DNA of 62,545 nt, the filler included, from Choristocarpus tenellus KU-1152 (lineage: Eukaryota; Protista; Phaeophyceae), in the NCBI GenBank assembly GCA_964200185.2. It is 10 parts of 10 records of this genome, joined end to end, with 100 filler letters (N's around TTAATTAATTAA, not from the genome) between each part and the next. Parts side by side here need not be neighbours in the genome. Positions count along the whole stretch, not along the records: positions 45,950 to 50,363 come from CAXNAD020014669.1; positions 50,464 to 59,474 come from CAXNAD020004087.1; positions 59,575 to 62,545 come from CAXNAD020023265.1; 7 more parts are not named here. One strand, 5' to 3'. The notes under the pieces are model-generated. The model did no database searches. It saw nothing but the letters and a program-made list of their open reading frames with translations, and was not told the origin of the DNA. This document shows positions 49,601 through 62,545 of the stretch, in pieces; position 1 is the first letter of the stretch, and every line of letters begins with the position of its first letter. Position numbers and translations under genes: made by a program.

Positions 49601-51486
49601 GCTTGCTGTTTATCAACAGTTGGCAGAACAGTTGGACTATAAAAGGAACTGACACACGATAAGATAAGTGTAGGCTATACCATCATCGATTAAAAAGTCA
49701 TGACGCTCATAATTTAGTCTAAGGCAACATCATCGAATTTCTCAGCAACCTACCGCCCTTCTGGAGCCCTATCTAGATTCCTATTTTGGCGATGGACAGT
49801 TAGTTGTTGATGGACCACACAGGACGTACCAGATGCTTGCCAACTCGTGGTGTTCTGATCTAGATACTCTAGTTGTATCAACAGAGATAGTAATAGCCCC
49901 CAGGCCGATGATGTAAATCCCTCGTGTTATCGCGTGGTTTGGGTCTCGTTCCAGCACCTTGTTCATCCCCATCAGTCAAGAAAGAGGGAGCGAGCGAGAC
50001 CAGGTCTGATACATAATAGTATCATTCAGCATCATAGTGTAGTATCAGCACACACTATGTCTACTGCAACAACAGCAGATAGATACTTCAAGGACAGTAC
50101 GGTAGGGGTTGGGTGCTGGATCCATTGCTGCTACTGAGGTTAGAGACTTGACTGAGAGCTGAGACACGCAGGGTCCCATCTGCAGCCCCATGACCACCTG
50201 TTTGGGTTCATCTGCATTCTCCATCCCTGAGTGTAAACACAATCTCAGCCCTGACATACGATCTTTCTGGAGTTGGAGGCTCATCCTGTCAACACAGATG
50301 TGCCCCCCCCCCTTCTCCTATCAATAATAGGCACAACATAAAAAGGCGCAGAATACACAATAGNNNNNNNNNNNNNNNNNNNNNNNNNNNNNNNNNNNNN
50401 NNNNNNNTTAATTAATTAANNNNNNNNNNNNNNNNNNNNNNNNNNNNNNNNNNNNNNNNNNNNCATCGTTTTAAGGTCGTTGGATTTGAGTTGTACATCC
50501 TGGAAGGTGAGCATTGAGGGGCGCCTGTAACAAATACTGGCAAGAAGCGAAGAACAGAGACAGATGATTATTATATAGAAATGCAAAAAATGTAGTAAGA
50601 AAAGCATAAGAATATATTATGCACAAACATCAATACGCAAACACTATCTACTAATAATGAAACGTAAGAGAAAAACCAACCACGTCAAGAAGAAGAGAAA
50701 AGCACAGTTGTCAGTCGTTCATGTTCAAATGAAGAAATATCAACTCTGCCGGCATCAAAGTCACATGGCGACAGGTCCAGGGGAGGGGCATTCGTCTACC
50801 CACCGTCACTGGGAGCCTGTACGTATTGGCAAGGTAGAAGATTTTAATGTCCATGCTGAAATTTAACGGCAGCAGTAGTACTTCTCGTTGTTGCACCAGT
50901 ATCGGACACATCACAGGAGGACGAAATAAGGAGAGGGAGTAATACCTGTACGGAACGAAAGAAGACGGAATAAGAGAGGGAGGGGAACATCCCTGCGCCA
51001 AATTGAAGCTAGCCATTATGTATAGCTCTAGGAACCTGAAGTTATATTGTTGCAAGATATCCCTCCATCCTTCTTGTGATGGTTGGCGAGGGTTTTGCAA
51101 TCTGCCTGGGAGGGATACATGGAACGAATTTCCTATCGTATCTATGTAACGGATTTTGATTAATGCAATAAACATGAGTACTTTCAGCAACAAAATACTA
51201 GCCAAGTATTGAGTGAACACAGCCAGTAATATAACTTGCAACTCAACACTTTGAAGTACGTCTATACCAGACTTTGGGGTGGTATGAGTGAACCAGAGGT
51301 CACCGGAGGAGGCAAGGAAGACTCTGTGAAGGTGAGATCAGTTTTCTCCTCACAAGTCATCACTTCTTCCTGCCTCATCAAGGTGGTATTGTAGTTTTTC
51401 CATCCTCCTAAGCAATCCTCCCTCCTCATTGTGGACTGTGACCGCGGAATCCCTAGCAGAAACCCCAATGTATTATGCTCCCATGA

Positions 51487-54400
51487 ATGCAGGGCATGGG
51501 ACCGAAGCGTCCCTCAACGGGTTCCTTCTCTTCGCGTGTAGCCGCAAATGCCATGCTGGAAGCCAAGAATCAGCGCAAACGAGCCGAAGCCGATGTGAAT
51601 CTCTTGGCAAATCGGCTCGCCCATCTCAGGGTGGAGGAGGAAAAAGCGCGAAAGAAAACGGAGGAAACGATGCTGGTACGTATGCCGTGATTCTTGTCGT
51701 TGAAGTCGCTCTTGAGGAGATTTGTGAGATTCCTCGTTTATTACATGACAGAATTTTATCACGACGTGTTAAATAGTACATCGAAGATGTAGTCAATTGT
51801 TTCATGACAAATTTTCAGCCCTATTCCTCCCGTTGGGCTTGTATGTGTCACTTAGAGATCTAGTCATCATTGATGGGCATATTCTCAGGCGACGGAGATA
51901 GACCAATCTCAGATCTCGGTCAGTGGTCTATGAAAACTGTACACGACACTACGGCATTCACCCGAACTTAGTTGTTTCCTTCTGGTCTCCCTGGCAGATC
52001 CTTTGATCTTCTTGTATTCTATTTAACGATTCTCGGGAAGATAAAGTCTGTAGAGGATTGCTATCCTATAGCAACAAGCCAGCCATCGTGTAGGTGGTCA
52101 ATGAGTGTAAATATTTGAGATGCAGGTTCTATTCAAGGCTGCATCATGGGTTCTCATATTCTCCTCAACTTCCTTTCCACGAGATCTCTACTGTAGAGTC
52201 CCCTGCCAAGTCCAGGATTGTAGGTCGCACCTGAGGTGACCTCCCGTGCCTCCCATTGCCTACCATGAACACTTGTTGTTGAGCATCTTTTGGGGGAAAG
52301 TTAGAATAGACCAACCATATAGTGAGGCACTTTGTACATATTGTAGTCGTGGCAGGATAACAAGTAAGAGGACTGGAATCACATACACCGTTTTCCAGGG
52401 CTCTGACTTTCAGTGGAATAACAAAAAAACTCCATATCAGTAATATGGGCACAACCCAATCTACCCACCCATTTCGTTTTCAGCTCTGCTATAACTGGCG
52501 GCCAATAGAATAACTTCTTTCAAAATTTTACATCCCTTATGAAGATAAAGTTCAACACCCAATTATGTGAACTACACAGCGTGCAGCTGAGATATTGAAT
52601 CTTAAGAAGAGAAATGACGAGGTTGCACATGCAAGGGAAGTCAAGATCAAGGCCGAAGTTAAACTGGCAAATGAGAGCGAGAGGAAGTTAGCAGAACGAA
52701 AAACAAAGCAACGCCATGATCTTGAGGTGGGAGCATGTGTCCAGTGGTTGTGGTGAGACGCTTGTTTGTTGAAGAGCAGAGAGACTGACAAGATTTACGG
52801 TAATTGCAAACAAACTTGTCCTACTTGTTGGGTGCCTTACATTAATGAAGAGTGTATATATTTCTGAACATATAGAGCCCAAGTATCTTAGAGGGTAGGG
52901 CAGGGTCCATTTGGGGGTCAAAACGCAATGTTGAGATTTTGATGTAATTTTGGCTATCGTGTTTGCTAGTAAGTGCCAATATCCTTGTTTCGGACACACC
53001 TTTTCATAAGGTATACATTTTACCTACTCCTGAACATTTTGGAATAGCAAAATGTCATAAAAATACCCATAGGAAGCCAAGCAATAAATGGATAAACAGA
53101 GCAAAACCCGTACCCTCTAAGATACTTCACACATACCTTGTAGGTACCTTGTATCCATTTATTTAGGTTTGAATTATCCTTTTCCGGAGGACTCATCCTC
53201 ATCCTCAACATGACTTGTGACAGCTTAACCCCTTATAATAACCTTCCCTCCAGCTCCTCTCCTCTTCTGCCCACCACTCCCCACCCACCTTTGTAATGGT
53301 CTGGTTCACACGGAATAATGTGATGTTGCTGACCTTCAGCCGTGGATACTTGCAGAAAGATAAAAGTCATCGCACTCTGAGTTTCCCTGAAAAAGGCAAT
53401 TGCTACTCCAGGCTGTTGCCACAGGAGGTAGCACAACTGTCGGAATCACAATTTTCACTGATTCGCTTAGCATCCCCTACGTTTGGTGTCCTCAATTGCT
53501 TGGGCCTCTCTCTTCTTGGCAGTATCATTACCCAGTACCAATTAACTAACACTTAGTAACACACTTGATGCAAGATCCTCGATCAAAGCACAACTACACT
53601 ATACTTGGATGAAGTTGTGACAATAAACTATTAAGTTTCAAAAGTGTAGTCCTACAAACTCCTTGCTAGTATGGCAGCACTCTCCCGCACTTGTCCCCTT
53701 CAGGGCTCTGCCCCTTACATATTTCAGGGGAGATGGAAGGAAATGACTACCTGCAGTATTATTTGCGAACCCTTGACTTGTAGGACCACGAGTTGGGTGC
53801 AGCCTGTGATAATGCTGCAGAAGGAAAGTGAATCTTTGTACAATTCAAAGTATATGTCTTTGTGGAGGGGTAGAGCTGTTCTCTTCACGGTGCCAGTCAC
53901 ATGCAGGTCAAGCCGTGTGCTGGCTCATGGGGGTAGAGGTGGTGGTAGGGTTTCCACAAACCTCATGTTGAGATGCGATTGAACCCTAAGAGATCTGGGA
54001 TCAATGTTTCCATGTTGTCCTCTGAGCATCCCTTCCCCTCAACTCTGACATGCTCCGTATATGGCATTCCTGTGGTTTTGCCTAGCGCCTTCTTCCTTTC
54101 TGGGGAAAAAAAATGACAGAATGCAATGTCTAAACCTGTGAGACAAATTTTGAAATGCTGACATGCCCACACTGTCCGTGCACTGTCTCGTGCTTGAGTA
54201 GTCAACGATGCTGAACTTGGAGAAGGCTCGGAAGTCAAATGCCAAGACTGCTCGGGAGCAGAAGCAGGCCCTGCAGATGACATACCAGGTCACCTCTATG
54301 TTCCAACATTTTTCGAGGTCGAGCCTTGGACCAGACTTCTTGCTTATTGAGACGACAACAGCCAAATGCACTTATGTTCTTTTTTTTGTATGCACTATTT

Positions 54401-56633
54401 CAGCCCTATTTTTTTGTTTTTGTTTCATCGATATTCAGTATCATCGCACAGATAGATAGATCTATCTGGTTGTGACTTCACTCCCGGTGAACCATGCAAG
54501 ATATAAGTTAATCAGTCTCTATTGTGCCTCAAAGCACATGTAGTAAATACACATCATGCTTCCGATCTCTTTGTGTGTGCTGCAGAGCCAAGTGGTTGTA
54601 ATCGCTGTCAAAATCAACATCACACATGTGTGACCTTGGGAGAATCGCAAGATGCCCATGTGCGAGCCTGCTTTCTTCTGTGGATGCAACAGCTTCATTG
54701 GGATCAAACAACATTTATATACATTCTCATGTTATCTGTCCCTGCTCGTAGAACAACACACCTACAAGCTGTTGTCATCACTTCCCTCTCGTACATTACA
54801 CGTAACAAATAGCCAAAGTATCTTAGAGGGTAGGGTCGCGTCCATTTGGGGACCAGAATCAAATGTTGCGATTTTTTAATGTGATTTTGGCTATCGTGTC
54901 TGTTAGAAAGTGTCAATATCCGTGTTCCAGACACACCTTTTCATAACATATATATTTTACCTGCTCCGAAACATTTTGGAGTAGGAAAATGTCACTAAGA
55001 AACTCATGGGAAGCCAAGCCCCAAATGGACAAACAGGGTAAAACTCGTACCCTCCAAGATACTATCACTCAAAAATATTTGCTTGGCCTGTCGTTTTCTC
55101 TATCCTTGTCCAGGAAATTCGGGCAAAAAATGCAGAGGAAAACAAGAGGAGGACGGAGAGGATGAGAAAGCAACGGGAAGATGCTCGGCGGAAACGAGAA
55201 GAGGAGCAGAGGGAGCGAGAGAGGAAACAGCGGGAGGATCATGCCAGACGCATTGCACTAGAGAACCGCAAGGTTTGTTGTTTGTCGTGGAATGTGGGGA
55301 AGTGCAACACATCATCATTATTGTATCATAGTCCGGTGGTGCCCTGCCAGACTCGATTGGGTCAAAATATCTGGGAGGGGGTGGTGGCTGTTCCATTTGG
55401 GGTCAATTTTTTCATGTCTCGATTTTTGGGTGATTAGATTCCTTACGTTGGATGGATAATGAAAGTGTACTTTTCCTGGTTTTGGTCCAAATGGACACTC
55501 TGGTGTAGTAGACCCCCCCCCCAGATACTTTGGGTCATTTATATTATGTAGGCATTTCGTGGAATGCAATGGTATTTGAAATGTTATTTGTCTGTCTGTT
55601 TTAATTAACAAGGGCTAGGGTAAGTGATGCAACTGCATCTCAGATCCCGGAAAAATACAACGGTATGTGCTGTATGTTCTTGATCAGGCGGTCGATTTCT
55701 GTTGTTGTTTGTACCAATCAGATCCGAATGCCTGTTCAAACATCGACCAATCAAGAGTGCTTGTCCCACCTCCAAAGGAGTAGAACCATACGTCCTACAC
55801 CATCCCAACTTTCCAATCTTGATTTTGTTCTGCATCGATAATATCGATTCTGCCGATGACAGAAAAACGATCTGAGGTCCAACTAAAAAAGCAACTGAAA
55901 ACCTTTGTCCAATACCAATGGAGAACGAACACTTCTTCACTTGAAGAACGATCTTTCAACGGTTGAACATCTCGGATCTTGTATCTTGGGTATAACCCCC
56001 CCCCCCCCCTCCTTGTTGGCTCGGTCTATGTCTTGCCTCAGTAGACAGCTATCTACTGTATATTGAATCTGTTGCTCTAGTTGCCGTTGATGTCGAAATA
56101 AGCAGGCAAATGAAGAGGAAAGAGTAGAACAAACAAAACTTCTACCTCAGCGGTTGTGATCACTTCTCAGGGGTCGGTTTTTTCCCTCACCTTCCACATG
56201 AGCTGTGATAGGAAGTTCAGGCTATAGAGACCATCGCCACATTCTTGTTCTAACATATTATTTCTGTTCCGGGATGCTCATCTGAAACACAACACAACGG
56301 CAGTCAGAGCTCTTGAATCCATAGGGTTATGGAGAAAATACAAAGCACATTCTTTTGTGGCTAAGCTATAGTTAAGCATTTATGAGGGTAGGAGTTTTGC
56401 CTGTTTGTCCGTTCGAGGCTTGGCTTCCTTTTTTTTATTTTTTAATGCCATTTTGCGGTTTTCTGTGTGAACACAGGTGCCTAAAATGTATACGACTATG
56501 ACAGGTGTGAGTGGAACAAGGTTATTAACACTTGCTAACAAGCACAATAGCCAAAATTACATCAAAATTGCGAGATGGATTTATGATCCCGAATGGACAC
56601 GGCCCTACCCTCTCAAATGATTTGGCTCGCAAG

Positions 56634-56664
<31 letters not shown>

Positions 56665-57998
56665 TTTTTGCAGTAGGTAACTACCGCTAGGTGACGACTT
56701 TGGAGATGTTAAGACAGAGTGTATATATTACCATAGATGCTGATGTACTACCAAGCAAGTGATATGTACTTGTTTGGAAAAGAGAACAATATTAAGAATC
56801 TAAATGGAGTCAGCGGAAGGATTTTGGTCTCAGAAGGAGCATGTGCCAGAATGTTCTATTGCTTCTGTTCAAGTGATTTTCACTCTGCAACTTCAAGTTG
56901 GGGAACCTGTCATTGTTTCTAGGGGCCTTGAAGCTACATAATGCATTTTGCTCAACAATTTCTACAAAAACGTAATAAGAGAGAGAAAGAGAGTTCTACC
57001 AGAGAAAAGAACTACCAACTTGTAAACTATTTCTGCATGGCAACATTCAAGACACTTGAGGTCCTTCACGGCTACCATGAGTGCTATTACATCTATGCAA
57101 GGAGACTGACCACAGGACACTTCTGAGTTCCTTTGCCACTAGGGGGCACCCAGAATCTCCACTGTTTTGTCTTATATTCTGCCAATGTTCTTGTGCAACG
57201 ATTTTCTTATTGCTTATGAGAAAATACAGGTATATATTGGTGGGACAAGCTTGCACATGCCTCTCCACCTAAACAGACAAGAACAAATTTCCAACAAACA
57301 AACAATACTCCTCAGTGAATAAAACAACAATAAATGATCCACTTGTCAATAGAATATCCCATAACTACTAAAATGAGTACTGAAGGCAACAGTACCCTAG
57401 AGGGTGGGGGTTGTATAGACCAGGTCATCCATTTGGGGCTCGATGGGGTGTTGGAAAACAACTATGTTTAATACCCGTTTAGGGAGCAATTCTCCTTCGG
57501 ATTTGGTCCACAGGCAGGAGGATGGAAAGGGAAGGTGCATCCAGATGAAGGAAATTGCCCTTATACCTGACAAGTCCACTCAGATGATATGAAAATCACT
57601 ACAGGGCCACAGAGGCCCCGAATGGACGTCTGATCCCCCCTTTAGGATACTGCGGGCCTAACATCCAGGGAGTAGAGGGGGCATGTTATGAAGGGCAACC
57701 TTAGCACCAACAAAACAGCGTGTTGGATTAATTCAGCCAAATAAGAAGATGGAGTCACTCTGCAAACTCCCCTAACTCCTGTGCTATGGCATGTGGGTTC
57801 CCTCTCAAGCTGCCTCATCTTAATATACCACGTTGGCCCCTTTGTACGTTGCATCACCGCCCCCATCAGACACAGGAAGCTGAACGCCTCATTCATAAGA
57901 TGGAGGAGGACGAGGATGCACTCATTGAGAGACTGAAAAAGACCCAGGAGGATCAACGCAAAGCCTATGAAAAGCTTCATCATTCCCTTGAGACGTAG
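51487..57998 (+). CDS. Uncharacterised charged coiled-coil protein, 5 exons, 236 aa
   Basis: join(51487..51675,52580..52726,54202..54288,55114..55272,57870..57998) = 711 nt, GT-AG, all phase 0, open ATG to TAG. E/K/R/Q-rich; N-terminal RKRAEADVNLLANRLAHLRVEEEKARKK and C-terminal EAERLIHKMEEDEDALIERLKKTQEDQRKAYEKL. Confidence 0.85.
52875..53132 (-). mobile_element. MITE family A (intronic)
   Basis: GAGCCCAAGTATCTTAGAGGGTA...TACCCTCTAAGATACTT; TSD not clean. Confidence 0.88.
54810..55070 (-). mobile_element. MITE family A (intronic)
   Basis: TAGCCAAAGTATCTTAGAGGGTA...TACCCTCCAAGATACTATCACTC; flanks caaa/aaaa. Confidence 0.88.
55359..55536 (+). mobile_element. MITE family B, complete copy (intronic)
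   Basis: GGGTCAAAATATCTGGG...TCCATTTGGGG...CCAAATGGAC...CCAGATACTTTGGGTC; colinear with 24475..24651. Confidence 0.88.
56369..56628 (+). mobile_element. MITE family A, old degenerate copy
   Basis: Retains gagggta, ctgtttgtcc, atagccaaaattacatcaaaa, aatggac...ctaccctc and a terminal tttggctc. Confidence 0.75.
57385..57658. mobile_element. MITE family C (related termini)
   Basis: Left GGCAACAGTACCCTAGAGGG...TCCATTTGGGG; right CCCCGAATGGAC...CCCTTTAGGATACTGCGGGCC. Interior appears unrelated to families A and B. Confidence 0.6.
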
Positions 57999-60712
57999 GA
58001 GCTTGAAGGCTCTAGGGTGTCACATAAAAAATATCACAACGATTTCATCAAGAGCAATATGTGATGCAAGAAGGGATGCATATAAGAATCACACTAGAAA
58101 AAAGGTGGAAATACTCCTCACCCACAGGCGAGGTCCTGCTGTTCTTGCGCTCACTATGTTGAATTTGTTTACTTGCCATTTCCATTAAACTACCGGAGTG
58201 CTAACTAACTGTGTTTGCAACCTTATTTTGTCCGAAAACATAGGATTTCGAACAGCCATGAGGGTTTCTCTTTCGAGCACCAGGTTTAACTTGCAATTAA
58301 TACATCCTGGCCGATTTACCTATTGGGCAATTTGTGCAAAACAAAATCAGTATAGTACCAACTGGAAATCATACAGTGCAGGGTCCAACTTTATCTGACC
58401 TTGCCCTAAATTGTGCACGACCAACCTGTCTCCACTTCATGGCCCACTATATATTGCCTTTGCTGGCATATCACCTGCTGTGGGAGGAATATCGATACAG
58501 ATGATAACATGCCAGATAGCAAATATTAGTTGTAAGGGGTCATACAGAATTGAACCAGCAGGTCTTCCCTCCAAAATTCGACAAGCAATCCCTTGATATG
58601 ACGTAGGTTATTACAAACACATATTTCTCTCGTCTCATCCGGCCAAGGTTCTGAACTACAATAACTTGAGTCAGGAAGCGGTCAGATGGCGATTCTTCCA
58701 CAGTCAAAAGCACTCACCCTGCCCACAGCACAAGCTGCAGCCACTGACTACAGCTTGTAATTTTAACTATATTTTGTGACGAATTACGGGAAAGATTCGA
58801 CCAAACTCGGACCCGTGTGGAGCCAAGTGATTTCTGAGTTCAACAGAGATTTTTTTTTGTTTACCGCAGCAAATCTGTTCTCCCATAACAACCCCATGGT
58901 CAACAAATGATTGGTGTTGGAACTGATTACTTGTCAAAGGTTTGGCACCAAGAGGAGAACTACGATGCATTTTTTGTACTAGCAATGCACTACATTTACT
59001 AATTTTGGCAGCATGTCTGAGACTTCAAGCTAAGAACTGTCTTATTTGACCTCCCTCAATAACTGCTAATAGAATGAAATTATAATAATACTACGAAGGA
59101 ATGTAGGAACTTCCAGCTGTTACAGCTGCTACTGTGGCATTAGTTCCCACTCATTACTCACAGGTTATTATACAATACGAAAAGGAACAAACACTGAATC
59201 CATTTGGGGATTTATTGAAAACGAATTTTAGATTGTGACTTATTGAGAAGGATGTGACACACTACAGGGTTTTTTTTCTTTTTTTAGTTATGGGGTATGT
59301 TGCCCCGTGTGGGAAGTAGAAGGGTGTTGGAGAATGAATTTTGATGAGGTGGGATCAAGACCCAAAGTATCTGGGAGGGTGGGGGGGGTCTACACGAGGG
59401 TGTCCATTTGGACCAAAATCGGGAAAAGTGCATTTGCATTATCCATCGGACGCATGGCAACCAAATCACCCAAANNNNNNNNNNNNNNNNNNNNNNNNNN
59501 NNNNNNNNNNNNNNNNNNTTAATTAATTAANNNNNNNNNNNNNNNNNNNNNNNNNNNNNNNNNNNNNNNNNNNNCTATCAAAATCAGCATTTATCTTGTA
59601 AGGCTACCTATGTACTACTAATATCGTATATTGTTTGTACTTGTCATAACTCAAGAAACAATCCTCACACTCTACGTCTGTTACAAATGTTCGTATTTCC
59701 TGAAACATAAGAAGAAAATGCTCGCGCTATTCGCGTGTAACAAATTCTTGCACTTCGTTGAAATACAAGAAGAAACGCTCGCGCTATTCGCCTGTAACAC
59801 AACTACCTCTAAGAAAGCTCCTACACACACAAGAAAGCTATTACGCCCAAGAGAGGTGCAACACTCAAGAAGATTAACGCTGTTCGAGCCTAGAAAACCG
59901 TCAAGAAGCGATAATCACTCGTTCTTCTTGTGAATGAGAAAAAAGCTAATATCGACTTCTACTCTCCCAACATTTGGTGTCTATTAACACCACCCTACCA
60001 TGGAGGACAAGTGCTGGCCCTGCACTTATGTAACATCATGCCATGGTACTGACGGACATCTGATGTTATATCTGAGCATGAGATTGTCATCAACATGGCA
60101 AGGGGATATACACGTTGCAGGAAGGAGGAGACTAAAATAATTTATTTCCAGTCACTGAGTCATGTGAAGAAATAACAGTAAAGCCTCACAACAAGGAGTA
60201 GGTAATGATTCATCATGGAAGCAGATAGGAATATTTGAGAGCACCATACAACTGCACGACTGGCACATTTCTCTAGGGAGCGAAACAGATGTAAGTAATA
60301 AATACATGTATTGTCATATTTGAGAAATATGCAGTCTCTGATTCTTCCTTGATCCTATTTTGAAGTTTTTTTTTGTAAGGAAGATGGGATGGCCATTACT
60401 CTATGAGAAAGGACTTCTCAACCAAAGCAAATATTATATCTCTGTCTTTCATGTTGTGAAACTGGGTTCGCTGTCACCTCTCAGCTGCCAATTAACACTT
60501 GGAGGAGCCGTGCTCAATTTTTTATTGAACGAGGTTCAGTCAGCATAATGCAAATATAAGTGAGGTCATAAATTGGAGACATGATAACGAGTTTTCGTTT
60601 TTCAGAAGGACCTTCACTTACTTTGGTGAATGGTTTTGCTCTTGAACAAATATATACTAAACACCATTAACCTGTAACTGTCGTGCATCTCGGACCTTGT
60701 TCAATAAAACGA

Positions 60713-60984
60713 GAGTGAAAGTATATTAGAGGGTATGAGTCTTCCCCTGTTTGTCCATTTGGGGCTTGGCTTCCCATGGTCTTTTTTTATGACATTTTCC
60801 TACTCCAAAATGTTTCGGAGTAGGTAAAATGTATACGTTATGAAAAGGTCTGTCCGGAACAAGGATATTGACACTTCCTAACAAAAATGATAGCCAAAAT
60901 TACATCAAAATCGCAACTAGCATCGCAACATTGGATTTTGGACCCCGAGTGGACGCGGCTCTACCCTCTAAGATACTTTGTCTC
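60713..60984 (+). mobile_element. MITE family A
   Basis: GAGTGAAAGTATATTAGAGGGTA...TACCCTCTAAGATACTTTGTCTC; no clean TSD. Confidence 0.9.
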
Positions 60985-62343
60985 TGACACACCATAAATG
61001 CACAGCGTGAAAAAATCTATACATCATACAAAATATCCCCTCTCATTGTATTTGCTCTTTTGACCTGAGTAAATGATTGAAGTAGGTGTATGACATATGA
61101 ATGTGCAGCATGAAAAGTGGAGGGGGGGCAAAGCCGGGAGGACATGATGCTGAACTCAAGCATATAGGACCGGTTTGAGGTAATCAATTGTCAATGTATA
61201 ACTTTTATTCTAACTGTGCAGTTATTCGTTTGCAACTTGAACATGAACATATGTTGTTATGTCCTAAGTGTATTGTGTGCACAGAAGAACTCCATCAAAA
61301 CGTAGATAAAACTAAAAGAAACCCAACACGTGGATGGTTTATTACCCTTGCCTCTGCCTATGTGAACTACCCTGAACCACCCCCCCAATGAGGAAAATTG
61401 TCAGTCGTCCTAAGCTTGAGGGGATGCCGCAAGATGTCTGACTGGTCCTACTATTTATTTCCTTCTTCGACGCCATTCTTATATTGCAGAAACCCCAGAG
61501 TATATACATTATGACTCCATCACAAGCAGTTGCAACGTTCTTCAAAGGTATTTTTCTTGATTAAAAAAGGGTCAGTTCCAGTTGTGTAATATATTTTTGT
61601 CAGCTTCATTCCCACTATGCCCTCTCTTTACACCCCTTCCTCCAACAACTGTTGTGAATTTTAGTATATTTAGCATCTCCATTTTTTTTCATAATTTCTG
61701 GGGCGTGTCCTGATCAGTGCAGGGAATATTATATTTGTTTTACTCTGTGGGAGGAGTCCTAAAACCCCTTGTTTCTCGTGTATGCATTATTAAAAAGAGA
61801 ACAGACTACTCAATCAAGTTACTTGCAAAGGATTTTTGTAGTGAAAAATGTTCGTCAAGTTTTGCAAAGGTACCTGGAAGGGGAGCCTGAAGCATATCTT
61901 CCACGATATTACACAGGAGATAGGTGGTAATGACAGACGTTTTTAAGGGTCTGCCAGTGTTATCCCTCTTTGTGCATTGTATAAAGTGCCCCGCAGAAAC
62001 TCACCCATGGTGTTTATTCCTTATTCGCATAGAAAGATCAGGCTGGTGGGATAGAGGAGATAGTCCACATATTTGCTCAGACAAGGAATGCATTGCATTC
62101 TAGATATTTTTCGTGGGCGACTTGCAATCATGCCAGTGACTTTGTAGATCCTAGGTCTTGGCTTCTGGTGTCATGGGATACTGGTAAGAAAAATGTAGGG
62201 ACTATCAATTTGCAAAAGATTTGACCGGTGGATAATTGGCAGCTGGCTACAAATAGAACAAAAAGGAAAATTGTGTTGTCAATCGTTACCTTCAACGCTA
62301 ACTATGTTGAGAGGCAGCTCGTGGGATCAGTCGAACAAATTAT

Positions 62344-62545
62344 GAGTTAAAGTACCTTAAAGGGTATGAGTTTTACCCTGTTTGTCCATTTGGTGCTTGG
62401 CTTCCCAAGAGTTTTTTTTATGATATTTTCCTACTCCAAAATGTTTCGGAGTAGGTAAAATGTATACCTTATGAAAAAGGGTGTCTGGAACAAGGATATT
62501 GACACTTCCTAACAAACACGATAGCCAAGATTACATCTAAATCAC
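62344..62545 (+). mobile_element. MITE family A, truncated by window end
   Basis: GAGTTAAAGTACCTTAAAGGGTA followed by the family A interior (gtccatttgg, cctactccaaaatgtttcggagtaggtaaaatg). Confidence 0.9.

Noticed and set aside
50045-50310. Possible copia GAG-pre-integrase fragment (GHICVDRMSLQLQKDRMSGL)
   Set aside because: Similarity too short and degenerate to support.

Overview
Eukaryotic, intron-rich, repeat-rich draft genomic DNA; gene style and TTAGGG repeats suggest a stramenopile/brown-alga-like genome (inference). The window is a concatenation of 10 contigs joined by nine identical 100-nt artificial spacers (N44-TTAATTAATTAA-N44), so adjacency across spacers is not biological evidence. 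Four spliced protein-coding genes can be reconstructed by eye with GT-AG introns and consistent phases: a complete GET4 (- strand, 4 exons, 326 aa), the 3' part of a GNAT acetyltransferase (+), the 3' part of an ABCB-type transporter (-, 7 exons over about 16 kb), and a complete 236-aa charged coiled-coil protein (+, 5 exons, all phase 0). The rest is mostly transposon debris: copia and probable gypsy relics, a CRE-like and a second RLE-type non-LTR retrotransposon relic (the latter in a contig studded with same-strand TTAGGG runs), a PIF1/Helitron-type helicase relic, Helitron-like and SINE-like dispersed repeats, foldbacks, minisatellites, and at least three MITE families sharing one terminal/subterminal motif set, some copies with 4-bp TSDs. 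No prokaryotic-type system (CRISPR, operon) is supported. The best candidates for novelty are the possibly telomere-repeat-associated RLE retroelement and the cross-family MITE system.
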